A DNA stretch of 64,000 bases, from NCBI RefSeq assembly GCF_048403405.1, contig NZ_CP183129.1; one strand, given 5' to 3'. Made by a program: the position numbers and the translations under genes. The DNA comes from Escherichia coli (GTDB taxonomy: Bacteria; Pseudomonadota; Gammaproteobacteria; Enterobacterales; Enterobacteriaceae). Below the pieces are notes generated by a model that did no database searches, was not told the DNA's origin, and saw nothing but the letters and a program-made list of their open reading frames with translations. Positions 27,718 to 34,985 of the stretch are shown here, piece after piece. Each line of letters begins with the position of its first letter. Positions within the stretch are counted from its first letter, which is position 1.

Positions 27718-28173
27718 TTGGGGGTGCCCGTGAACACGAAGAGAGCTACAGTAATGCAGCATTTGAGGAAATCAGAAAAAAATAAAGACCATGAAATATT
27801 GAGTAAGGCCATTGTTCGGGCTTCCAATAATACTGTTATACCTCATGCTGAAGAGTCTGGACAGAAATTTCTTATTCGGTATTTCACTGAAAATAGTGCA
27901 GTTGAGGAGATTTTAAAACATCAGGGAGGGGAATTTAAATGTGGAAAACTGGCAGATTATGTTCGTCGTGAAACGTCTGAACAAGAAGTATATTATGCTG
28001 ATATTAATCATAAGTCAGGTGTGAAAATTGTAATAGGCTATTACACAACTCCCAAAAATGTTATGCATGAGGTCCCAAAGATGTCCGTCGAGAAATCTCA
28101 TGCAATCTCGCGCAGGATGTTTGCACGCACTGCCGAAGATATGGCTCAGGAGCTCTACGACGATGCTGAATAA
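27718..28173 (+). CDS. Hypothetical protein with acidic C-terminus; candidate antitoxin/immunity partner of the downstream YafO-like gene (ATG alternative at ~27754)
   Basis: 151-aa ORF, AT-rich; its stop overlaps the start of the next gene (ATGCTGAATAA). Confidence 0.45.
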   Translation: MGVPVNTKRATVMQHLRKSEKNKDHEILSKAIVRASNNTVIPHAEESGQKFLIRYFTENSAVEEILKHQGGEFKCGKLADYVRRETSEQEVYYADINHKSGVKIVIGYYTTPKNVMHEVPKMSVEKSHAISRRMFARTAEDMAQELYDDAE

Positions 28174-28477
28174 ATTCCAGGGGTTGGTTCACCCTGGAAT
28201 TTTTGGGAAGGACCCTGAGCTAATACCTATCAAAAACGCGTTCATAGATCACTGGCGCTACGGTCATCATAAGGATTTCGGAAAGGACACTCTGTTTCGG
28301 GATCCACCGAAAGAAATGCTGGAATATCACATACGCCACGTTCACGTAAACATCGGAAACTATACTGACAAGTTTGGTGAGAGCGGTACGGACAATGCTG
28401 GAAAAACTGGGCGTCTGGGAAGAAAGACAAGACCACTAACAAGCATAAAAAGATCCCAACCAGTGACGTGTATGTGA
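28163..28477 (+). CDS. YafO-like toxin, N-terminal part (gene appears frame-split)
   Basis: FGKDTLFRDPPKEMLEYHIRHVHV resembles the recalled YafO motif FGRDALYDD...ERVAHIHL. Confidence 0.4.
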   Translation: MLNKFQGLVHPGIFGKDPELIPIKNAFIDHWRYGHHKDFGKDTLFRDPPKEMLEYHIRHVHVNIGNYTDKFGESGTDNAGKTGRLGRKTRPLTSIKRSQPVTCM

Positions 28478-28668
28478 TTTATCTGGTCACATCTGAACGC
28501 CATGCCTTCCTTCTGGATTATTGGGATGAACCAGCACATAAGACAGTAGAAATTGACGAGCAGAAGCAAAAATTAGTTGTCGAGTGTGACAGAATTTTGC
28601 GGCTGAAAAAGTTAGAATCCATGCCGCGCGATGCTAGTTTGTGGGACCCAGAATTTTACGACTGTTAA
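28468..28668 (+). CDS. YafO-like toxin, C-terminal part in the -1 frame
   Basis: YLVTSERHAFLLDYWDEPAHK resembles recalled YafO HLVYCQGAFDEQAWLLIAILKPEPHK; overlaps the previous ORF by 10 nt. Confidence 0.35.
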   Translation: MYVIYLVTSERHAFLLDYWDEPAHKTVEIDEQKQKLVVECDRILRLKKLESMPRDASLWDPEFYDC

Positions 28669-28669
28669 T

Positions 28670-28692
28670 GGCCGCTTTCGCGGCCTTTAAAT
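28670..28692. terminator. Bidirectional terminator hairpin
   Basis: GGCCGC-TTTC-GCGGCC followed by TTTAAATTT; same hairpin sequence as at 25419-25434. Confidence 0.5.
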
Positions 28693-28950
28693 TTACCGGG
28701 TTTGTTTTCGTAATTGTTCGGCACAATAGTCGAGATGTGTTTGCAGATCCCGCATAGACATCTGTGAGCTGGTGACGTAGTTAATCAGTGCAGTCAGTTC
28801 GGCAAGTGGGCCATCGACATTAAATCCATCCTTATCGAGATCCCGGAGTAATTTCATCAAGTGCGATCCCTCCACCAGTGACCTGACGCCTCCCGGCGTG
28901 TGAATCCTTTCGGTAAATCCGTCTTCCAGTGGATAGTGATACTGCTGCAT
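28693..28950 (-). CDS. Stand-alone KilA-C/ANT C-terminal domain protein (paralog of the antirepressor C-terminus)
   Basis: Internal ATG at 28950 after GGAGAAG; MQQYHYPLEDGFTERIHTPGGVRSLVEGSHLMKLLRDLDKDGFNV... aligns with the C-terminal ~85 aa of the antirepressor at 26618-27310. Confidence 0.6.
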   Translation of the reverse strand: MQQYHYPLEDGFTERIHTPGGVRSLVEGSHLMKLLRDLDKDGFNVDGPLAELTALINYVTSSQMSMRDLQTHLDYCAEQLRKQTR

Positions 28951-29026
28951 CTTATCTTCTCCATGCAATAACTGTATGTTTATACAGTAACAAATAATTT
29001 GTTTGCTATCCAGCACGTTTTGCAAA

Positions 29027-29041
29027 TTACCTGAAAGGTAA
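29027..29041. promoter_or_regulatory. Palindrome TTACC-TGAAA-GGTAA (operator-like site 6) in the divergent region upstream of the tailspike gene
   Basis: Perfect palindrome; followed by ATATCTATTCGTA (also beside site 1) and TATGTGGTT-N5-GGTAATA. Confidence 0.45.
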
Positions 29042-29145
29042 TATCTATTCGTATTTACAGCCTTTCTATCCATATGTGGTTTTTCAGGTAATAGAATAAC
29101 CAGATATGCGGCGCAACGGGTGCTGCGACTATCTGGAGATTTAAC

Positions 29146-31797
29146 ATGACGGTCTCAACCGAAGTTGACCACAACGAATACACTGGTAACGGAGCTACGA
29201 CATCATTTCCGTATACCTTCCGTATTTTCAAAAAATCCGACCTGGTTGTTCAGGTGTCTGACCTGAACGGGAACGTAACAGAATTGGTTCTGGATACTGA
29301 CTACACAGTAACCAATGCTGGAGGATATAATGGCGGTAATGTAATTCTGTCGAAGGCGTTGGCTAACGGTTATCATATTTCTATATCACGAGAGCTCCCG
29401 GTTACGCAGGATACTGATTTGCGTAATCAGGGTAAGTTCTTCGCTGAGGTACATGAAGACGCGTTCGATAAACTGACAATGCTTATTCAAAAGTGTTTTT
29501 CATGGATGAGGTTAGCACTTATAAAACCAAGCATTCTGGCTAACTATTATGATGCAAAAAATAATAAGATATCAAATCTAGCAAATGCCACTGACAGAAA
29601 CGATGCTGTCAATAAAGGTTATGTTGATGATCTTTTTACTGGAGGTGTAACGCCTACACCTAACAGCGTTAAAAACGATATTTTTACAAATCACCAAAGA
29701 AAGATTGTAGCTACGATGCCGCTTCTTTTTCCTGAATATGATGCGATTATGGCTGCTAACCCGTCAGCAACTTATATGTATCCTCAAGGATTCTGCGTTA
29801 GCGAAGATTTGATATACATCACTTATCCATTTGAGCCTAAACAGACGAATAATGTCGTCGCAGTATTTAACATATCTGGTATTTATCAAGGTTATTTCTA
29901 TGTTCAGGCTGGCGGCCCAGGCTTCGCTGCTGAAGGAATCGTGGTTACGTCAGACTATGGCCCCAAAAAAATGTTTGTTGGTCACACAAACGGAATACTG
30001 CGTGAATTTAATATGGAGGGGGCATTATACGGAAGCAATCTGCCTCTTGTACAAAACCATGATGTTGGATTATTCAACCAGTTCAGCTACAGAAGAGGTA
30101 TATGGCTCGTTGAGCAGAATGCGCCAGAAGTAGGACAGAAAATCACAAGAACTGTACTTGCAGTGTTCGACAGTGGTTTCAATCGCCTGTCAACTATAAC
30201 GCTGCCGTTACATGATGTTGGGTATGTAACTAAAAGCACCTCACCTTATGCGCCTTATTTCAACAAGCGTCAGGGTATTGCGGTAGGTGATAACTACTTT
30301 GTCTGCGGCTATGGCGGCTTCATAGCTGATGGGGCAGGAAGCGCAGGATATAACGAATATCAGGGCAGCAAAGTTTTTAACCCTGACGGTACAAAGCGAA
30401 CTGAATCAATGCTTCATCCTCAGGCCATGATGGATTTAATGAAAGCCGCAGGATTGAACGTCACTCGCATAGAAAATGAAGGCGTTTGTGTTTCTCAGGA
30501 TGGAAAATCCATTTATTCACTTTACATTCATCAGGAAAGAACTGGCTCTGAACCTTACAATTCAGGTTTGGTTATTTTCGAAGATTTCTCCACTGATAAA
30601 GATGCTATCGATTTTACACCTGCATCCAGGCTTTACCGCGGATTTGATATCGATCACGCGAGCATTGGGGTATATCCCCGTAGTGCGAAGGGGATTGTTA
30701 ACCCTGTAGATGGTACGTTGTTCACTAACATGACTGAAATTCTTCGCTATATGCAGGAGATGAGTCAGAAGGCATTTAATTTTTACACAGGGACTGTCAG
30801 CATTGCTGATATATCTGGCGTGGCAATCCCTTCCAGCACATATGTTGAAATACTGAATGCGAATAATCAGACTTTTATAGTCAACTATTATTCATCTGAT
30901 AGTGGTATTAGTTATTTGGTTGCAACTAATCCTTCTGGTGACTTTGTATTTGTGCGCCAGCGACCGGCACAGTGGGCATCTAACTTAACCATTCAGCAAA
31001 ACGCAGATCCTGATACAAACCAATTAAACCGCATCACTGCATCATCATATGCCGGTGCAACTACAAACTCTCAGAAAATATTGGTCCTTGACCAGCAGGC
31101 TACAGCTAGCGCAAATAGCTTGGTATTGGGCGGTAGTTCTTCTGTGTTTAGGTCTGCCACCACGGTGGATATTGCATGCAACAGCGACCCGACAGCATTG
31201 GGAGGAACCATACGCTGGCGGTTTTATGATACAGGTCTTCGCCCGTTTGCTGACAATACCTATAATTTTGGTCAGGCATCGTTTCGTATTAAAGACGCCT
31301 ACTTTGCAAATGCCCCAACCGTTTCATCAGATGCCACGCTGAAAACCAATCCCGAGGCAATATCAGATTTAAGTGAAATGCTTTCTTCTGATAGAGACAG
31401 CATTCTTGATGCCTGGGGCGATATTTCTGTTGTGGCGTATCGATGGCTCGACGCTATATCCATGAAGGGCGATGGTGCCAGATGGCATTTTGGCGTCATG
31501 GCTCAGCAGGTAAGGGATGTATTCTTGGCGCACGGAATTGATGGAACCAGATTTGGCCTTCTTTGCTATGACGAGTGGGATGATATTTTTGAGCCGGTAA
31601 TCGCGACTAAAGAGATTACCGATACGTCTGGTGAGTTGGTCACCGTCGAATATGACACCGGAGAACAGAGGCTGGTTAAAAAAGCGGGTAGTTCATGGGG
31701 TATACGGCCTGACCAGTGCGCTTGGCTTGAGGCTGCATATCAGCGCCGTCGATGCGATCGTATTGAAGAGCGACTCGAACTATTGGAATCAAAATAA
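29146..31797 (+). CDS. Tailspike protein with epsilon15/CBA120-type N-terminal particle-binding domain and C-terminal self-cleaving intramolecular chaperone (peptidase S74-like) domain
   Basis: N-terminus MTVSTEVDHNEYTGNGATTSFPYTFRIFKKSDLVVQV as recalled for this tailspike family; C-terminal ~156 aa (from ~31327) with SDATLK, YRW, FGVMAQQV blocks typical of endosialidase-chaperone domains. Confidence 0.8.
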   Translation: MTVSTEVDHNEYTGNGATTSFPYTFRIFKKSDLVVQVSDLNGNVTELVLDTDYTVTNAGGYNGGNVILSKALANGYHISISRELPVTQDTDLRNQGKFFAEVHEDAFDKLTMLIQKCFSWMRLALIKPSILANYYDAKNNKISNLANATDRNDAVNKGYVDDLFTGGVTPTPNSVKNDIFTNHQRKIVATMPLLFPEYDAIMAANPSATYMYPQGFCVSEDLIYITYPFEPKQTNNVVAVFNISGIYQGYFYVQAGGPGFAAEGIVVTSDYGPKKMFVGHTNGILREFNMEGALYGSNLPLVQNHDVGLFNQFSYRRGIWLVEQNAPEVGQKITRTVLAVFDSGFNRLSTITLPLHDVGYVTKSTSPYAPYFNKRQGIAVGDNYFVCGYGGFIADGAGSAGYNEYQGSKVFNPDGTKRTESMLHPQAMMDLMKAAGLNVTRIENEGVCVSQDGKSIYSLYIHQERTGSEPYNSGLVIFEDFSTDKDAIDFTPASRLYRGFDIDHASIGVYPRSAKGIVNPVDGTLFTNMTEILRYMQEMSQKAFNFYTGTVSIADISGVAIPSSTYVEILNANNQTFIVNYYSSDSGISYLVATNPSGDFVFVRQRPAQWASNLTIQQNADPDTNQLNRITASSYAGATTNSQKILVLDQQATASANSLVLGGSSSVFRSATTVDIACNSDPTALGGTIRWRFYDTGLRPFADNTYNFGQASFRIKDAYFANAPTVSSDATLKTNPEAISDLSEMLSSDRDSILDAWGDISVVAYRWLDAISMKGDGARWHFGVMAQQVRDVFLAHGIDGTRFGLLCYDEWDDIFEPVIATKEITDTSGELVTVEYDTGEQRLVKKAGSSWGIRPDQCAWLEAAYQRRRCDRIEERLELLESK

Positions 31798-31828
31798 GAC
31801 CAAATTTAGGTAATTATTATCCGTAAAT

Positions 31829-31885
31829 GGTTTATTGTGTATGATGGACCTCATCTTCTAAGGGGGTTTTTATGCACAATAAACG
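31829..31885 (+). promoter_or_regulatory. Inverted repeat (GGTTTATTGTG ... CACAATAAACG) enclosing two mini-ORFs, between the tailspike and the lysis genes
   Basis: ~11-bp arms separated by ~35 nt containing ATGATGGACCTCATCTTCTAA (MMDLIF-stop) and ATGCACAATAAACGGTGGTTACCATGA (MHNKRWLP-stop). Confidence 0.3.
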
Positions 31886-31894
31886 GTGGTTACC

Positions 31895-32296
31895 ATGAAT
31901 GGCACGGTTACGGCGGATTCACTGAATCAAGGGTTAAGCTTGGGTGCGCTGGCCTCTGTCGTCTACGGCGTTCCGCCAGAGGTGGCTCTCGGTGCTCTGG
32001 CTGGTGCGGTAATATTTGTTACCTCTGCTGTAGAGTATCCTGTTCGTCGTCGTGTACTCTTGTCGATACTCAGCTTTCTTTGTGGTCTTCTCTTTTACAA
32101 ACCAACAACATCAATTCTTATCGGAATAGCCAGCATGATACCTACCATCACGCAGGACTCTTTCGAGAAAGGGATTGTTTTCTCTGCTGGCGCATTCGTG
32201 TCAGCAATTGTCGCAGTGCGAATTGGTATATGGCTCTATCACCGCTCCGATAATCCACGCGACTTAATTCAGGGGAGAAAAGGCGATGGTAACTAA
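31895..32296 (+). CDS. Multi-TM membrane protein (holin or antiholin-like)
   Basis: ATG at 31895 after GGTGG; about four predicted TM segments; directly upstream of the holin and endolysin genes. Confidence 0.45.
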   Translation: MNGTVTADSLNQGLSLGALASVVYGVPPEVALGALAGAVIFVTSAVEYPVRRRVLLSILSFLCGLLFYKPTTSILIGIASMIPTITQDSFEKGIVFSAGAFVSAIVAVRIGIWLYHRSDNPRDLIQGRKGDGN

Positions 32297-32594
32297 TGAG
32301 CTTGTTTTGCTTATCACCAATGCAATTATTTGTACTGGCATAGCAATTCGCGTTGTCACATTCCGGCGTAACGGCTCTCAACATCGAAGATGGGGAGGGT
32401 GGCTTGCTTATTTCCTTATTGTTGCTGCGGCCAGTATTCCTGTTCGAGTCGCCTATGCAATCTGGTTACGTACGCCAATGGCTGTGGATTTATCTGAGGT
32501 CATTATCAACGCTGTCATGCTTGCCGCGGTTATTAAAACACGCGGTAACGTTGTTCAGATTTTCAAAACATCGAGGTCTAAACATGGAGATTAA
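32286..32594 (+). CDS. Holin (three-TM class)
   Basis: 102 aa, three hydrophobic helices, charged C-terminus; overlaps the endolysin start. Confidence 0.55.
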   Translation: MVTNELVLLITNAIICTGIAIRVVTFRRNGSQHRRWGGWLAYFLIVAAASIPVRVAYAIWLRTPMAVDLSEVIINAVMLAAVIKTRGNVVQIFKTSRSKHGD

Positions 32595-33213
32595 ACAATT
32601 CCAGCGAGCTGCTGGTATTAGCGAGGCTCTGGCCGCACGCTGGTTCTCGCATATAACTTCTGCGATGAAAGAGTTTGGTATCAGAAAACCCGAAGATCAG
32701 GCAATGTTTATTGCTCAAGTCGGGCATGAGTCTGGGGGCTTCACTAGGTTGCAGGAGAATTTCAACTACAGCGTCACAGGACTGGCTAACTTTGTTCGGG
32801 CAGGACGTCTCACTCAGGGACAGGCCAACGCATTGGGGCGACGCGCAGGCGAACCACCATTGCCACTTGAGCGCCAGAGAGCGATTGCCAATCTGGTGTA
32901 CAGCAAACGCATGGGGAACAATGCCCCCGGCGATGGCTGGAATTACCGTGGCCGCGGACTTATCCAGATTACCGGTTTGAATAACTATCGTGATTGCGGA
33001 AACGGCCTGAAAGTGGACCTGCTGGAGAATCCTGAACTGTTGGCGCAGGACGAATACGCGGCTCGTAGCGCGGCGTGGTTCTTCTCCAGCAAAGGTTGCA
33101 TGAAGTATACCGGCGATATTGCACGTGTAACTCTGATTATCAATGGTGGCAGGAATGGCATCGACGACCGGCGCGCGCGGTACGTCACTGCCAGTAAGGT
33201 GCTGGCTGTATGA
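32584..33213 (+). CDS. Endolysin, glycoside hydrolase family 19 (chitinase-like lysozyme)
   Basis: Internal ATG at 32584; motifs [12 protein letters not shown] and [11 protein letters not shown] typical of GH19 endolysins (recalled). Confidence 0.8.
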   Translation: MEIKQFQRAAGISEALAARWFSHITSAMKEFGIRKPEDQAMFIAQVGHESGGFTRLQENFNYSVTGLANFVRAGRLTQGQANALGRRAGEPPLPLERQRAIANLVYSKRMGNNAPGDGWNYRGRGLIQITGLNNYRDCGNGLKVDLLENPELLAQDEYAARSAAWFFSSKGCMKYTGDIARVTLIINGGRNGIDDRRARYVTASKVLAV

Positions 33214-33692
33214 TCTGGTCATTCGTAAAAGCATACCGTAAACAGTTGATTATCATGGCGGTGCTTGCTGTTCTGGTCATATCAGGAGTTGTTGCCTGGA
33301 ATGTGCACGGCAGTCGTCAGTACGACGCTGGGTATGCACAGGCGAAAGAAGACCGCAAAACCGAAGATGAGAGAGTTCGTCAGCACTACGAACAGGAGAA
33401 ATCGATCAATGAACGTGAAGCGCAGCAGAGGATCGACCAGGCGCGCAATGATGCTCTTGATGCTGCCGCTCGCGCTGGCCGGTTGCAGCAACAGCTCGTT
33501 GCCATCCGTGAGCAGCTCAGGCACTATAACGCCATTGTCGGCGCTGGGTCGTCAGCCGCAGACACCGGAGTTTTGCTTGCCGACGTGTTCAGCAAATCTC
33601 TCGAGAGAAATAGACAACTGGCAGAGTATGCTGACCGGGCAGCCGAAGCCGGAAGAGTCTGCGAAAAACAGTACGACACCCTGACCAGATAG
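33210..33692 (+). CDS. Rz-like i-spanin
   Basis: N-terminal TM anchor followed by charged coiled coil; start overlaps the endolysin stop (ATGA); contains an embedded +1-frame lipoprotein gene. Confidence 0.65.
   Translation: MIWSFVKAYRKQLIIMAVLAVLVISGVVAWNVHGSRQYDAGYAQAKEDRKTEDERVRQHYEQEKSINEREAQQRIDQARNDALDAAARAGRLQQQLVAIREQLRHYNAIVGAGSSAADTGVLLADVFSKSLERNRQLAEYADRAAEAGRVCEKQYDTLTR
33409..33684 (+). CDS. Rz1-like o-spanin (outer-membrane lipoprotein) embedded in the Rz frame
   Basis: +1-frame ORF with RBS AGGAGA; signal peptide ending in lipobox LALAGC; Pro/Ser-rich mature part. Confidence 0.55.
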   Translation: MNVKRSRGSTRRAMMLLMLPLALAGCSNSSLPSVSSSGTITPLSALGRQPQTPEFCLPTCSANLSREIDNWQSMLTGQPKPEESAKNSTTP

Positions 33693-33796
33693 CATGGCAT
33701 TTTTCATGGTACTGATTTCCGGTGACGGTATATAAAACGGTACGAGAAAAATTTATCTTTGGAAAAATGTTATCACTCAATTGGTTATGTGTGTCG

Positions 33797-33817
33797 TAAA
33801 TAATTGAGTGGGAATGA
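33797..33817 (+). other. guaA: Prophage right junction (attR region) carrying the orphan 3' end of guaA (ATT GAG TGG GAA TGA = IEWE-stop)
   Basis: In-frame stop TAA then ATA ATT GAG TGG GAA TGA; E. coli GuaA ends ...TIEWE (recalled); followed by a strong terminator and then yfgI, the K-12 neighbour of guaA. Confidence 0.45.
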
Positions 33818-33843
33818 TTTTGATCCCTGCACTATGAATGAAC

Positions 33844-33874
33844 AAAACCCTCTGTTACTACAGAGGGTTTTTTA
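33844..33874. terminator. Bidirectional rho-independent terminator (guaA/yfgI intergenic)
   Basis: AAAACCCTCTG-TTACTAC-AGAGGGTTTTTT. Confidence 0.6.
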
Positions 33875-33911
33875 TCTTCAAGAATTATAGGCTTGAAGTT
33901 ACTTACATCGA

Positions 33912-34451
33912 TTAATTAAACCAGCTGTCCGATTTGTTCTCTTCTGCTTTGCCCACGCTTTTCATCAGATCTCGACCGCCCTCAGTCATATTCCTGTTTG
34001 CGTCAGCTTCAGATTGCACCACATCGGTTTGCGCAGCTTTGTGCTTCAGTTCCTGATCGATAAATTCGTTTTCTCGCTTAACGCGGGCTTCTTCTTTCGC
34101 CAGCGCCAGTTTTTGTTTCTGAATCTCTAAGCTGCGTAGCTCATCTTGATAACTTTGATCGCGTTTTTTGTCCGCAGAGGCTTCGGCGTCCAGTTTATCC
34201 TGACGAGCTTTCTTATTTGCCGCTGCCGTTGCCGCTCTTTTGTTAGCGGCGGCCTGGGCGTTTGCGCGACGTTGCTTCTCTTGCTGGATTTCCCTGTTGC
34301 GCTCCGCGACCCATTCGTCATGCTGCCTTTGCTCTTCATTTTTACCTTGCTGTTCCGCTTCTGCGACAGCAGAGAGTTGATCCTGCAATGATGAGGCGAT
34401 AGCCGGATAGCTTAAGGAGGCTAAGATGGCGCAAAGAAAAACTTTCTTCAT
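33912..34451 (-). CDS. yfgI: YfgI, periplasmic coiled-coil protein
   Basis: 179 aa with signal peptide; size and synteny match K-12 yfgI. Confidence 0.8.
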   Translation of the reverse strand: MKKVFLCAILASLSYPAIASSLQDQLSAVAEAEQQGKNEEQRQHDEWVAERNREIQQEKQRRANAQAAANKRAATAAANKKARQDKLDAEASADKKRDQSYQDELRSLEIQKQKLALAKEEARVKRENEFIDQELKHKAAQTDVVQSEADANRNMTEGGRDLMKSVGKAEENKSDSWFN

Positions 34452-34466
34452 GACTCCTCCTGATCA

Positions 34467-34985
34467 TTAGCTCTTTTCAGGACATTTGGTATTTGGCTGA
34501 ATACGCGTTTCGTTATACGTCGTGGTAATAACAACGGCTAAACCTGTCGTAAACTGGCACTCTTTACCCACCTGGGTGGAGGTATACACTTTGGTGCCTT
34601 CCTTATACGTTAGAGAAACACCTTCCACTAAGGTTTTATCATTCACCATAGAACCCGCTGCCGCGCCAACAGCTCCGCCGCCAACTGCACCTGCCGTCGT
34701 TCCGGAATTGCTGCCAGACCCGACGTTGTGGCCAATAACACCGCCAGCGACTGCACCAATAAGCGCGCCGAAGGCTTGTGCGTTTCGTTTATTTTGGGAG
34801 TTGTCTACGGCAACTTTTGCGGGAAGAATGGAAATAATATTAACGGTTTTAGTTTCTTGTTTGGTATTCAGTTGAACGGTTTGATAAACATCGGCGGCAT
34901 GATCATCAGCATTTGACTGGCATCCTGCCAGAGTGAATGACGCTAACATTACCACAGGCAGAAGACATTTTTTAAATTTCATCAC
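34467..34985 (-). CDS. yfgH: YfgH, glycine-zipper outer-membrane lipoprotein
   Basis: 172 aa, lipobox LAGC, Gly-rich glycine-zipper segment. Confidence 0.85.
   Translation of the reverse strand: MMKFKKCLLPVVMLASFTLAGCQSNADDHAADVYQTVQLNTKQETKTVNIISILPAKVAVDNSQNKRNAQAFGALIGAVAGGVIGHNVGSGSNSGTTAGAVGGGAVGAAAGSMVNDKTLVEGVSLTYKEGTKVYTSTQVGKECQFTTGLAVVITTTYNETRIQPNTKCPEKS

Larger units (their letters stand above)
1..33817 (+). mobile_element. Prophage, right-hand ~34 kb (replication, packaging, T7/epsilon15-like virion module, accessory island, tailspike, lysis); left end with integrase outside window
   Basis: Contiguous phage gene content from position 1 to the lysis cassette; E. coli core genes begin immediately after an orphan guaA 3' end at ~33803-33817. 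Confidence 0.85.

Noticed and set aside
28951-29073. Longer N-terminal extension of the KilA-C domain ORF
   Set aside because: The extension covers palindrome site 6 and has no homology to the antirepressor; an internal ATG with a GGAGAAG RBS gives exactly the conserved domain
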